This document shows, piece after piece, positions 27,223 through 40,421 of a stretch of 64,000 bases of DNA. Numbering within the stretch: position 1 is the stretch's first letter; each line of letters opens with the position of its first letter. The stretch is taken from NCBI GenBank assembly GCA_964016885.1, contig OZ024743.1, positions 281,356,001 through 281,420,000 on the forward strand, written 5' to 3'. A model generated the notes under the pieces. That model saw only the letters and a program-made list of their open reading frames with translations, did no database searches and was not told where the DNA came from. Source of the DNA: Eledone cirrhosa (Eukaryota). Position numbers and translations under genes: made by a program.

Positions 27223-27503
27223 TAATAAAAAGGACAATTTGTTAGGTCTTCATTACATTTATTGAGTAGTGAGCGCGTTTTGCGATTGATCAACTCAATG
27301 TTCGATCTGTAGCGATCTGGCCCGACTCTGGAATCAAAAGCTCGTCGGACTTCACTACTCAATAAACGTAATGAAGACCTAACAAATCATCCTTTTTATT
27401 ATTAGTATACACTCTGCTTAGTACTACACCTTTATACTTACTGGAAACTACACATCGAATGCTCACTCTGATGAACCTACAGTAACTGGATGTTACAATC
27501 CCT
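27223..27503 (-). mobile_element. PLE-like fold-back with degenerate long-stem-II hammerhead motif
   Basis: About 50-bp arms 27223-27272 / 27352-27401 enclosing minus-strand CCGACGA-gcttttgatt...gatcaatcgc-AAAACGCG; one-sided tail; TA-rich flanks. Confidence 0.6.
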
Positions 27504-27523
27504 AAATATATATATACATATAT

Positions 27524-27574
<51 letters not shown>

Positions 27575-28638
27575 GCAATATCACTAGATGGAAAAAGGAA
27601 AACAGTGCTCAATCAGGAAGAGAGCAGAAATATTATCTATTTATGTTCATACATGTAACAAAAGCGGGACCAAAGGTTTCAAGGCCCAAATTTGACCATA
27701 CCTGCAGAAAACTCGTATTAGCACCCAAACAAAGGTCACTATTTTGATGCCTCTTGTTTTCTGGAGGTATGGTCAAATTTCGACCTTGAAAGCTTGTCAG
27801 CATGAAGTGCAGATGTAAAATCATAATGATGATGATCAATGTATTTGACTACACCCTAAAAGATGATGCCCCAGGATGTCTTGACTAAAGACAGTGAAAT
27901 AATATAGACACACACATAAACATATTCCAACATACAACATTAACAATAAGCATTTTAAACCCATTTTCCCTGCTAAAGCAGGGGTTAGTCTTCCAGGGCC
28001 TCATGACAAGCTCCTTCACTTTGTCCTATCAGCTGCATCCTTCCCTACCAAACTCCTGGTTTCGTTTACTCCTTCATCACTCCTCTCACCCAGTCACTTT
28101 CATCCTTCTTCAACACAAGACCCAACCATCTCGTTCCATTTCTCTTCACAACATTCATCTTTGGCTTTATTCCAATCATCCTCTACAATACGTAGTTTGT
28201 TTTCCTCTCTCTGAGCAATACTTCACTCATCCACTGAACCATTCTTCCTATATATATATATATATATATATACACCTATATATGAATACATAGATATGTG
28301 AGCATATACACACAACATAAACATATATACATACAGACACAATATATGCAGATATATTGTTAGTTAATTCTGGACGCAGTAACCTATAATTTGGTGAAGT
28401 CAATCAGTCAAATAGACATCATAGATTTCAGAAAAATATTAGTCTGAAATAAAAGCTAAGACCCTCACTTACATACATATACAGGAATACATATACATAG
28501 ATATAATGTGTTATATATAGTGTATGTGTATATATATATATATATATATTGTGTATATATATATATATATATAATGTATAAATATATGTCTAACCCATGT
28601 TAGCGTGGAAAATGGACGTTAAACGAAGATGATGATGA

Positions 28639-28672
<34 letters not shown>

Positions 28673-29453
28673 TATAAATAAATGTATATACACACACACT
28701 CACATTGGACATAAAATGTGCACAAACACACATATATATGCGTTAGAGAGAAAGAGGAAGAGGGGCAAAGGGAAAGAGAGAGAAAGAGACCAGATACTAA
28801 TCTTTCATATAAAGAATATTTTTAAAAATCAAACAAAACATCTTTGAAAACAAAAATGAAGTAAACAGCAGAAAAGAAAGCTTGAAAAATAAAACGACAA
28901 AATGAAGAGCTAATAGCAGAAGTTTCAATAAATCAGAGCTGGCGCCACCTTGGCCAGTCCCTCACACTAGCCAAAGGCCATTTGGGGTAATGGCCAAGAA
29001 AGAGAACTAATCTGTTCACACGGTTTACTGCCATAATTAACAAACAAACAATATTTTGCAATTCAACATACATTTCTTGAAGCACACACACACACCCATA
29101 TATATATATATATATATATATACCCATGCTAGCGTGGAAAATGGATGTTAAACGATGATGATGATATGTATGAATATATATATGTATGTCTGTTTATATA
29201 TATATTTATATATATACATGTCCATATAAATATCATCATCATTTAACAGACATCAAATGGCAAAAATAATAAATATATATACATACAAACCCACACACAA
29301 ATATGTGTATATTGATCTCTATGTTTGTGTATATATATATGCCCATGTGTATCCGGTTTAGAATAAGTAGACCATATCCCTGCATGTTATAAGTAGTGAT
29401 GGAAAGGATTGGTGCCAGGAAGGGCATCCAGATGTAAAAACATATATATATAT

Positions 29454-29855
29454 GGAGGCACATGGCTTAGTGGTTAGAGCATTGGCCTTGCAATCGAAAG
29501 GTTGTGAGTTCAATTCTCAGACCGGGTGATGTGTTGTTTCCTTGAGCAAGACACTTTATTTCACATTGCTCCAGTTTACTCAGCTGTAGAAATGAGATGA
29601 TAGGGACTGGGGTCCCTATCATTCCACTGCAGAGTGGTCATGGAGGTGCCACGGCAAAAAAAGCACCCAGCACTCACTGTAAATGAGGTTGGTGTTAGGA
29701 AGGGCATCCAGCTGTAGAAATCAAGCCAGAATCAGTTGCCGTATGAGCAAGACAAGGTCAGCCGACCGGACACTGCCCACAACAGGACAAGCCGTCTAAC
29801 CCATGCTAGTGTGGAAGAACGGACGTAAAACGGTGATGATGATGATGATGATGAT
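29454..29855 (+). mobile_element. Full-length young tRNA-derived SINE with RTE-derived 3' tail
   Basis: A-box TGGCTTAGTGG, B-box-like GAGTTCAATTC, central ccttgagcaagacac; tail nearly identical to the RTE end at 26980-27140. Confidence 0.85.
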
Positions 29856-30944
29856 GACATATAACCCATGCCAGCATGGAAAAATGGACATAAAACGGTG
29901 ATGATGATGATGATGCACATATATATAAACATGCACACATATGTTCATCTTCCTCATATATATATTAGCCTCAAGGAAGGTGTATAATTGACATAACAAC
30001 TCTCACTTGCTCTCTTTCCCTCTCTATTTCTTTACCAAACTACATCTGCTACACACAGCTTCACTTACCATTATCTCCCCCAAATCTTATACCCCACTTC
30101 ACTTCCATTCTCCTACCCTTACCTTATTTTGCTCTTACCTCAACCTGAATCTCTCTCATCTTTTTATTCTTAAGCCCCTATCTCCACATACCTCATTCAG
30201 AACACTTTCTTCTCTCTCACGCTCAACTATATGCATTTGTTTATCTATGCACGTTTAAGAGTATATACACACATACATTATATGTATGTATATACATATA
30301 TGTTTAGACATACATGTGTGTATGTGTCTGTGTAATCCAACCCATGCCAGCATGGAAAAACAATGTAAAAATGATGATGATAGGCATGTATACCTGTGTA
30401 TATATGTATGTTTGCATATATGCATATACATATAAGTATCAAAAAATATGTGTACCCACTTTGATTAGAATGCTGTTGAAGTATGTTATACATTTTTGGG
30501 ACACTCTATATATATATATATATAAATACACATAGACACACAGACATTGATGCATTTATGTATGTATCACAAACTCCCTATATGCATCAGAAACCAAATA
30601 AAATAAACAAGATCAAATGAAAAAATAAAAAAACATTTTGCTTTGTTTTAGAAAGTTCAATACATTAACACAGAGGGGTGAAAAATAACCAAAATACTAA
30701 TTTCTAAATTAATGTAATTAAATAAACAGAAACAAAACCTACAGCACTTCATTCCAGTATGATTTCTTAAAAATGGGGGTATATCTATATGGAAGAGGCT
30801 GGTCAACTAAGGCAAGCTGCTACACAGTCACTGAGTGTAGACTGAGTAGTCAGATAATGGTGTAATCGTTTTGATACTAACCTGACTAAAACCAGCTCTG
30901 CTTCCATGAAACAAAACAACCTGTTTTAAAGGGTTCCTATTTAA

Positions 30945-31150
30945 CCCTTTAGCATTTAAATTGGCTGTATCCAGCCAGAATTCTCTCACCTCTTTGTGTT
31001 CAAACTGGCTGTAACTAGCTGCTCATACTGATGTTATGGTAATGTTCTCAAAATAAATAACATGACAATCTTGTAGATTCGATGTTATGTGAGATAAAAA
31101 GTTTACCACAAAAATAATAGTATATATAGAGTAATGAAAATGCTAAAGGG
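30945..31150. mobile_element. piggyBac-type MITE nested in an older repeat
   Basis: TTAA TSD, termini CCCTTTAGCATTT / AAATGCTAAAGGG. Confidence 0.85.
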
Positions 31151-31519
31151 TTAAATTAAAACTTTCCAACATAATTGCTATAGCCCTCTAAAAAACTCTA
31201 TTTTCTACACTTTTCTCGATGCTTCAAGTAGAGTGGGGGGGTCTTCAGAGAAATCAGATATTTAGGCCCAATAAATTGCTACGGTAACTTTCAGTCATTC
31301 TTTTCTTTTCCTTTTCACACTTTTTGCTTCCTACCTCATCTCCCTTCTGACTCGTTACCTTGGTAATTTTAACCCACTTGCATTGAATAGCTTTCTAAAT
31401 ACACCTATTTTTCATTAGATATATGTGTATTTGCAAAAAGAAAACAGAAATAACAAAACAAAGAATACTGTACACTGAAGAAATATATTAGTTTAACGTT
31501 TGAAATAGCAGGAAAAGTG

Positions 31520-31555
31520 TCTTAACGTTTCGGACACTAGACCTTCATCAGAAGA
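31520..31555 (-). ncRNA. Minimal type I hammerhead ribozyme motif in a PLE-like repeat end
   Basis: Minus strand TCTT-CTGATGA-a-GGTCtagtGTCC-GAAA-CG-TT-AAGA; intact core, 4-bp stem I, one stem II mismatch. Confidence 0.7.
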
Positions 31556-33148
31556 TAGAGGTAGAAATAGAAGATAAATAGAAAGAAAAGTGTGAGAAGA
31601 AGGAATGAGGAAATATGAGGAAAAAGGAGAAGAAAAAACACGTGCATATTCAGTTAGCTATTTTGGAGATTTGTTGGTCAAGGAGTATTTTATGCATTAG
31701 AAAGGTTTAGGAAGGGAAGTAGTCGTTGCATTTGTGTATACACGTGTAGGTGTGTTGTATGCTTTTGCGTCCGCTTTTCCCTGCTTGCAAGGGTGGGACG
31801 GGTCCTATTCAGCACAGCATCTCTCCACTTGTCACGGTCAATCGTCATATATGTATATATAGTAGCTATTATCTTCAGCAGCAAACTTTCCATACATGTC
31901 ATCTTACTACTCATTCTTCCTTATACTCCTAACAACCTATTGTCATATACTCATACTTATCACTCTTCTTACACCCACTCTCAATCCCTAAACACAACTG
32001 CCCTGGCATGTGGCGCTCTCACTCCACCCCCACCCTCTATAGGGGAGAGAGGGCTCAATGACCAACAGTCTAAAAACTGCTGGTGCCATGATGAAATGCA
32101 CCCAGCCCACCTGGTAAAATGGTAGAGTGGATACCACAATAAAATGCATCCAGTCCACACTGTAAAGGGGTGGCTGTTAGGAAGGACATCCAGCCATAGA
32201 AACTATGCCAAAATGGAACACATGAGCAAGATGTGGTCATCTGACTTGTCGAGTTTCAGGTAACAACCTATCTAACCCTTGTGTGTGAATGTACATACAT
32301 GTATAACACATGTGTATATTTACTATATATACTCATAAATAAGCTAAGAAATATGTAACAAAATATGATGGTAAAATGGAGGTTGGATTATATTTGAGGT
32401 CAATATTTTACAGATTTTCACCAACTTCAAATTCTATGTAAATAATGCACTAAAATATCTGAAGTGACTATTTTACAATGGAACAGTTTTTATACATATC
32501 CTACATCATCATTTGTGTTATTTATGCATTCGCTTGAAAATATTTAAAACAAATTTTTATAATTTGAACTTTTTAATACATAAATGCTCTATAGCCATAC
32601 ATGCATGTATACATGCACACACACACATTTTTTTCTAACTTAATAATTTTTCTTTCAATCTTACTTCTGACTCTTACTTATTGTGCTCTCTCTCACTTCT
32701 CACACTCTCTTTTTCTCACTCTGCCTCTCCTCTCTCTCACTTGCTGTCTATCCCTCCCTCTTCTACTCTATGAATACTTATACAAACTTCTCTCATTCGA
32801 TCTCTTGCTTTCAAACTACTCCTAGCATGTGAGTGGCCAGAAATAAACAAAAATTTGAGAAACTCGTTGAAGTTTTATAAAACAGATGAAATGGTAAAAT
32901 AGCATTATGTAATGGAGTTGTAAAACTAAAACTATATTCAAACGACACTTAAAACATTTTAAACATTGAAATATTAAAACTTCATAAATATATTTTATAC
33001 TCATGAGAATTTCAAAACCATTCCATCTAAATATTTGTTGATTAGCTACCTCGGCTTATAAACAGGATTTGGAATTTCACACATTTTTCAGACATGTACT
33101 AGGGGTGTCTGCTTATATTCGGATCAGCATATATTCAAGTAGACATGG

Positions 33149-33200
<52 letters not shown>

Positions 33201-33581
33201 CAAGCAGGGAAAAAGCGGACGTAAAATGAAATGAAATGAGAAATGAGATATATATACGTGTGTGCGTGTATATATATGTACATACACACATATAAACATG
33301 TATATAAATATATAAACCATGTTAAATGGTATACATTTATAAAGAATAATTCAAGAATGAAATATAACAATGAGCTTTCAAGCAAGAATGTAAAAACCAA
33401 ACTTTTTTTTGTGTGTTTATGAAGAAATGGACGCTTCAATTCACAAATAGTTGTTTACATAAGAATGCCATTAAATATATATATATATAAGCATCATTTA
33501 TGGCTGAATTTTGCAAAAACATATCAGAGATAACATGTTTGTGTGTGTGTATGTATGTATGTATGTATATATATATATTGT

Positions 33582-33644
<63 letters not shown>

Positions 33645-33789
33645 TGTATATCATCATCATCATCGTTTAACGTCTATCTTCCACGCTAGCATAGGTTTAG
33701 ACGGGAATTGTCCCACTTGAGGCAAGATTTGTTGTCTTGCTCGTATAGGACTGTCTGGCAGGTTTTGTATATATATATATATACAAACA

Positions 33790-33889
33790 CGGGGTGTCCC
33801 AAAAAATGTATGCACATTTTAAATACCTGTACAGGCAATATTTATTAAAATGCTGTTGAAGTGTGTATACATTTTTGGGAGACATCCTG
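33790..33889. mobile_element. Tc1/mariner-type MITE
   Basis: Imperfect TIRs cggggtgtcccaaaaaatgtat / atacatttttgggagacatcctg followed by TA; partial copy near 30437-30508. Confidence 0.7.
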
Positions 33890-34009
33890 TATGTATGTGT
33901 GTACATATATATATATATGTATGTAAGAGGTAAACAGAAATAACAACACAATCGGTACAGTATATGGAAGGGATATATTAGGTTAATGCTTGATATAGCA
34001 GGAAGAGGG

Positions 34010-34045
34010 TCTTAACGTTTCGGACGCTAGTTCTTCATCAGAAGA
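34010..34045 (-). ncRNA. Second minimal type I hammerhead motif, same family as 31520
   Basis: Minus strand TCTT-CTGATGA-a-GAACtagcGTCC-GAAA-CG-TT-AAGA; about 80 nt of homologous flank shared with 31440-31520. Confidence 0.7.
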
Positions 34046-34434
34046 AAGAATGAGAAATAAGATAGATTGAAGGGACAGGCGGGTTAGAATTGGAAAAAAT
34101 AGCTTTAGATAAATATAACAGGTCTATTCATGTTGACATCTCTTGCAAAACTGTTGGTGCTATGTAAAAGGTAAACAGAAATATATATATATAATCATCG
34201 TTTATTGTCCATTTTCCACACTTGCATGGGTTCGATGGGTTGTTACATTATGAGACAAGTCAAGTTCAGAGACCACATCTTGTATTTTGGCTTGGTTTCT
34301 ATAGCTGCATGCCCCTCCTAACACCCACCACATTACATGTGGACTGGATTGGGTGCATTTTCTCATGTCACCATCAGAATAATCTTACAGTACTGAGGGA
34401 ATAAAGTTTATAGAAGATGTAAAATGCCTAGGTG

Positions 34435-34710
34435 CAGAAATTACTGTAAACATATAGTTTACTGGAAATTGCCGAAAATTACCAGAGATTGTCTGAAATT
34501 GGGGAAGCTTCTGGGAATCACCAGAAACCACTGAAGATTACCAGAAACAACTGGAAATCACCTGAAAATTCATAAGTTGCCAGAAATTGCCAGCCCAACA
34601 GCAGTTTGGTATCTAGGTGATTTCTCAAAATTTTGAAGATGCCAGAAGAACTGCTAACCAAATCCAGAATTTACTAATGCCAGAAATTGCAGACAGAACT
34701 GGAAAATGCT
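34435..34710. repeat. Degenerate tandem repeat, unit about 10 bp (ccagaaattr-like)
   Basis: actggaaatt, gccgaaaatt, accagagatt, gtctgaaatt, accagaaacc, gccagaaatt. Confidence 0.7.
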
Positions 34711-35004
34711 AACATGTCAGAACAAATGATTGGTCAGTGTCCAATGGTGGTGGTGTTGTTGTTATTAATACTATTGGTGAAGGCTTTATTGTTGTTGATG
34801 TTGGTGTAGTTAATTATTTTGATATAAAAGGAGACTCAACTCTTGAAAGAGCTAAAAATAGCAGCCAAATCTTCATATCAATCACACTCTACCATCTTGA
34901 AAAGGTGGGGAAACATAATTAAGGCCAAGAAACAGGCATGGAAGGGATAGCAAAATGGGGGTAGCAGAGGGCTTTACCAAGTGGCCAGGAGAGAGGTGAG
35001 TGAC

Positions 35005-36260
35005 AAGGACCTTGGGAACTCCTGTGTGTTGATGCTTTAACTCTCATAGCTGAATCTATGACAGAATTAGAGAAAAAATTCCTGACCAGGAATAAAGTTA
35101 ATTTGGCAAATACCAAAATTCTAGTAAAGAGCAAGGAAAACAAGGCCCTGATCCCTTCTGGGAAATGGCTCTGCTCAGTGTGTAGGAAAGGGGTGGGTAG
35201 AAATTCCATCCCCTGTTCCAAATGTTCTCAGGTAGGTTAGCTAAGAACATAGGTTTTACTTGTGGTTGTTGCACAAGAACAGTAAGTAACAAACACTCAC
35301 AGGAAACAAGTGCTATCAAATTCTTGGATGGTTCCATAGAAACAGTTGACAGCTTCTCTTACCTGGATGACCAAATTATCTGTAAAGGTGGGTGTGCCAA
35401 AAGTACAGTAGCCAGAGTGAGAACGGGATGGAAGAAGTTCAGGGAGCTACTAGCTAAAAAACGTTCTTCCCTCAAAATGATGGGCAGATTGTATGATGCA
35501 TGTATACAAACAGCAATGTTACATGGTAGCAAGACCTGGGCACTGTGTGCAGAGGACCTGCGAAGATTGGAAAGAAATGAAGCTGGCATGCTTCGATGGA
35601 TGTGTAATAATAGTAATATGCATGAACAGCAAAGCATAAATGAACTGAGAAAGAAATTGGGTATAAGAGGAATCAGATGAGAGGAGATTGCATTGGTGTG
35701 GACCTGTGATGCACGTGAAGGATGACAGCTGTATAAAAAGGTGCAGAGTGCTCAAAATTAATGGAAGCTATAGAGTAAGAAGACTTGGGATGAAGTGATA
35801 AAAGTGGATCTTGCACAATTACACCTCACAAAGATGATACATTATGAAGTAATACAGAAGACTTGGCTTCCCATGTGCACAGGTTGCAGCATACATCTAG
35901 TATGCACTACTTTTCCTTATCTCCCTCTCCCCCTTCAATACACCTCTTAAACCATAACACTCCACCTACGTCCTAACACCCCAACATTCATCCAAAACTC
36001 CCACTAGATCTACCTCTCCAATCAGCATGCACCTCCTCCCAACCTAAACCCCAGTCCACACTGTAAAGTGGTCATGTAGTGTCAAAGTAAAAAATACCCA
36101 TTAAACACTGTAAATGTGGTTGGCATTAAGAAGGGCATCCAGTCATAGAAACCAAGCCCAAATCAGTTCTGTATGAGTGAGACACAGTCACTTGATCTGG
36201 CTTGTCTCACAATGGGACAACTCGTCTAACCCATTCTAGCATGGAAAAATGGACATCCAA
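35005..36260 (+). mobile_element. Decayed RTE LINE 3' half (same family as 25246 and 54163)
   Basis: WLCSVCRKGVGRNSI, ARVRTGWKKFREL, RRLERNEAGMLRWMC; shared 3' tail. Confidence 0.88.
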
Positions 36261-36514
36261 CAAAGCATGGTTGCTTCATTTCTCTGCAGTCTACACATAT
36301 GTTCTGCAGTCACAGCCCATGTTTCACTACCGTACAGCATCCCACTTCATACACAGGTGTCATAGTCATCCTTTTGTATGTAGGGAGAAACATTTCATTG
36401 TCAACAGTGGGAGTAGCTCTCTAAACTCCTTACATCCTATCCTTCATCGGTTACAAAGACGAATGTTCCATTTCTTTGAGCAACAGAACAGGCTGGTTGC
36501 AAAATTAACATGTA

Positions 36515-36856
36515 CTCTCGGGTCCAAAAAATTGGTGGAGGGGGGGGGGGGGTTATTTCTCTAGGTTGTCTCCCTTGATTTTTTTTTAAACCACAATTAG
36601 TCGATTAGTTAACATATTAAGACGCCAGCCTATCCTATTTATTTTATAACGTATGGGATTTCTTGTAATGTACTTTCTTGCCATAAATAATGTTTTTTAA
36701 TGTCTAAAGAAAATTAATTGTCGCAGGAATGCTACCACTTAAAATAAAATTTCGCTGGAGATAGATTAGCAAAATTTAATAAGCGAGGCGATTGGCATAA
36801 ATCTGAAAAATTAAACCGAGGGGAGGGGGGTGGGCGCATTGTTCGAGACCCGAGAG
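36515..36856. mobile_element. MITE with TA TSD (Tc1/mariner superfamily-like)
   Basis: TA-CTCTCGGGTC ... GACCCGAGAG-TA. Confidence 0.65.
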
Positions 36857-39057
36857 TAGGTAGCTGACCATTCCAGAAACACGTTGTCTCCCCTGACTTT
36901 CTTCACCGCTAAAGGGTAATTATAATTATGTCAGCGCATACTTTACTGTATGCGTATGTACGCATATATATGTATACACATATGTGTGTGTATACACACA
37001 CACACATATATATATATATATATCGATACAGACAATGAGTCAGGTTAGTTGCACTGTGAACTACTGTTCGACTGGAAGAACCGTTCATCGATAAACGGAC
37101 ACTAAATAATGATGACGATGAAATATATATATACACACATACAGTTGTCTCTTTTGTGGTACAAACATACATCATTATAATTTTTAGTGTAGTGGAGGCG
37201 TATACGTGTGAGTGTTTATGAACATCCCGTGCCAATAAATGTAAAGTTCAATGCCAAGTTTATTATAAAATTCACACACATATACACACAACTAAGGGAT
37301 ATAACTGCACGATTTCAATTGACAGAGTTGTCTGCCCATTACAAGAAACAAATATTAAAAGTACATTTTTTTTTCAATACTTTCATTATTATATATTTGT
37401 TCGTTAAAGATTTCATTTGATTAAAAATAAATTATTATGCAGAAAAATTAAATTAAATTATATAATTAACGAAGTAAAATGTAGCTGCAGATAATGTCAG
37501 ACAGCGTATTGACAGAGTGGTCAGAGCGTAGCCAAAATGCCTTGCTGTGTTTGATCCAGCTCTCTGCTCCCTGTGTTCAAATCCCACAGAAGTCAACTTT
37601 GCCTGTTTAGGTCATTAAAATACAGTACCAGACAAGAGCACTGGATTGGCAAAATCGATAGATCGTCAGACAACATGCCTTGCTGTATTAGTTCCAGTTT
37701 TTGCTGTGGTCTACTTGTGAGGGAGTCTTCAACTGTTGCCTGATTTAAACACACCCACCTGGCCATTGGGAACCATTAGAAGAGTCTACTCTGTTGCAAG
37801 CATTCAGGCCAGGTCTCTTGTTTGAACATATCTTCCTCCCTCTCTCCCACAAGTTTTTAAGGGAGTGAATCAGGTATTGAACACTGCCCTTCCCTCCCTC
37901 AGATAGCAGAGCAGCTAATTGAAACATGAAATCTCCAAGTCCAATGTTAGATATAACCAATTATATTTCAATCAATCATACTCTCAGAGTTCATTTTCAC
38001 AACATCAAATTCAACAGCGTCAAAATACTAACACACCCTTTATAAAACAAATAAACAAGAGAGCCTTTAAAATAGTATCAAAATCTTCCTCAAATAACTG
38101 ACAACCATCTTTCCTTACCATATTTTTAATGAAAGCTATGGCCTATTATTTTGAAATATTTTTTTTAATAATTAAGAATTGAGAGGGATTTAGTAATATA
38201 ACTAACTTTTCCATTATTAAGCTGGTGTTTGAAACATAGCTAAAAGTTTCTTTCATAAAATTATGACAAGTTTTTATATAAATATAAATACTAAAATAAA
38301 TAATTTTGTATTGTCGAACCAGCAGTTTCAGGCACTTTGCTGTCAAAAGGGTTTAAAAGGAACATTACAAAATGTAATCTTTACCTTGGCCTTGTCCTAC
38401 ACCCTAATGGTTCTTTCAATTTGCTGACATTATCTGCAGCTAATATTGCCATTCACCCAGGATAGACTGAACCAGCTCCAAACAATGAATCCAAAACAAT
38501 GTGAAACAGACGCTGCCTATATACATGATCACAGGCGTCTGACACATTAGCTAGTCATGATTCCAATGGCAGAGACAATATATACAAGGACCAGATATTA
38601 GCTAAGATCTAACTTTATCATGTCAATCCACAATTTCAACTATCCACCTCATTGTTTATGTCATCTCACAAAGGGCTCTGTCACAACTGTATAGCAGATG
38701 AGTTTAGTTTGTGGTAGGATGGAATGCCTGAACAAATCAGGTGGTGTCTTTTGAAGAGTTGTTGAAGACACTCAATCTGACCAAAACCTTAGAGCTTGTG
38801 TAAATCAATAACATTCATTGGCTACAGCTCACAGCCATATAGAAGGATGTCACCCTAGATACACCTAAAAAGACTGGTCATAGTTGGAATGCCTTTGATC
38901 ATAGGCTTGCTCTATCAGGTTTGACATGGAGCTAAATAACCAAGAAAAAAAATATTTCACTGCTTGCAATAGCAGCAAAATTTCCATTAAATAACAACCT
39001 TCTATCTTTAAAAGAAATATACAAATTGATGGGCTGGTCATATCTGAAACAGCTTAA

Positions 39058-39279
39058 CCCTTTAGCATTTACATTACTCTATATATACTTTTGTATTTTT
39101 TGTGGTAAAGGCTTTATCACACATAACTACCTGACATAATATCCAATCTACGAGATTTTGATGTTATTTATTTTGAGAACAATACCTTAACGTCGGTATG
39201 GGCGACCAGTTACGGCCTGTTTGAATAGAAAGAGGTGAGAGAATTCTGACCGGATACAGCCGGTTTAAATGCTAAAGGG
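39058..39279. mobile_element. piggyBac-type MITE
   Basis: TTAA TSD, CCCTTTAGCATTTA TIRs; same family as 30945, 44504, 51076, 57378, 63701. Confidence 0.88.
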
Positions 39280-39359
39280 TTAAGCATATGTTTGTTGGAC
39301 TAGGGCTATGTGGAGTTAAACAACAATATTTTCAATGTGAAGAAATAGCTTCTAGTTAC

Positions 39360-39429
39360 CTCGGCCACCACCTCTTTGAGGCATTAAAAATCTGGAGATG
39401 GGCAATAACTTTGCAGGATCAATAAAAAG
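39360..39429 (-). CDS. GAR1: GAR1 coding exon 5
   Basis: LFIDPAKLLPISRFLMPQRGGGR(G), matching the conserved FYIDPxKLLPLxRFLP; ag/gt boundaries, phase 0 to 1. Confidence 0.95.
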
Positions 39430-40361
39430 CTGAAATCAGTAAAAAAATATTTTAATGGATTAGTATAATTTTTTAAGTTTTATTTGATTTTATTTATCTA
39501 TTATTACTTGTGACTGCAAATCAACAACTGTGGGAACTACTTGATTCTCAGAAGTTTATTTTAAGTTGATTAATCATTAGATCTTCTCCCTCCCCTTGAT
39601 TCATAGTATTGTATTTTAATTAATGTCATAATGGTTTTAATGTTATTTATTCAAGAGCACATTTTAAATCTTACAAAAGTTATTCTAGGTTGTTAACAGA
39701 CTTTCACCATTCAGTTCTATTTCATATTTCCCTTTAGTTTGTTTGTTTTTATCAGTATTGTTCAAATAATTTTGATTGGAGAAAATTTTATTTAGAAATT
39801 AGATGCCTTTTCTGAGGAATCAATTTTGTCAGACTGTATAGCAAGCAAAGATATGAAGGACAACAGAATAGCTGAAGTAAAGTTTGAACTCATAATTATG
39901 GAAGTCTGTAACCTCACATTTATTCTGCTTCAGTTACATGTAACTTACATTAGTCAGGACGTCCAGCCATGCACAATGAAAAGGATTTATGGTTTTCAGT
40001 TGACATATGGACATATGCAAGGATAGCTGAGTGAAGAACTTCACTTTGCAATCAGGTCCCAAGATGGATTCTACTGCATGGCATCTTGAAAAAGTGTCTT
40101 TATATAGCCTCAGATTGACCCAAGCATTGTGCATAAAACTGAGTAAAGGAAAGCTGTGTAGAAGCCCATTGGATGGTTTGTACCAGTAATACAAAGGACC
40201 AACCATGTCACACATTTTGCCATGCTGATTCATCTTAGAAATTACACATGTCTGTGTACTCAACCAATTATACATTAATTCATGAGTTTAACATCTGAAT
40301 GCTTCATGAAAAACAAACACATGGTGAAGATGATATTATAAATTATCAAATTAATATTTAC

Positions 40362-40421
40362 CTTCTGATTTTCTTTAAAAGAATTTGATTTCATATTTTC
40401 AGATAACTTTACAGAGAAACA
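40362..40421 (-). CDS. GAR1: GAR1 coding exon 4
   Basis: CFSVKLSENMKSNSFKENQK, matching YFSVKLSENMKASSF; 60 nt, phase 0 to 0. Confidence 0.95.

Noticed and set aside
29454-29530. tRNA gene (GCA anticodon-like loop); also 24295, 42512, 50280
   Set aside because: Imperfect cloverleaf continuing directly into SINE body and tail; these are SINE heads
34435-34710. CRISPR-like or coding repeat array
   Set aside because: Degenerate minisatellite without unique spacers; eukaryotic context
37050-37105. Additional hammerhead on the minus strand (CGATGA...GAAC)
   Set aside because: Core and stems too degenerate to support
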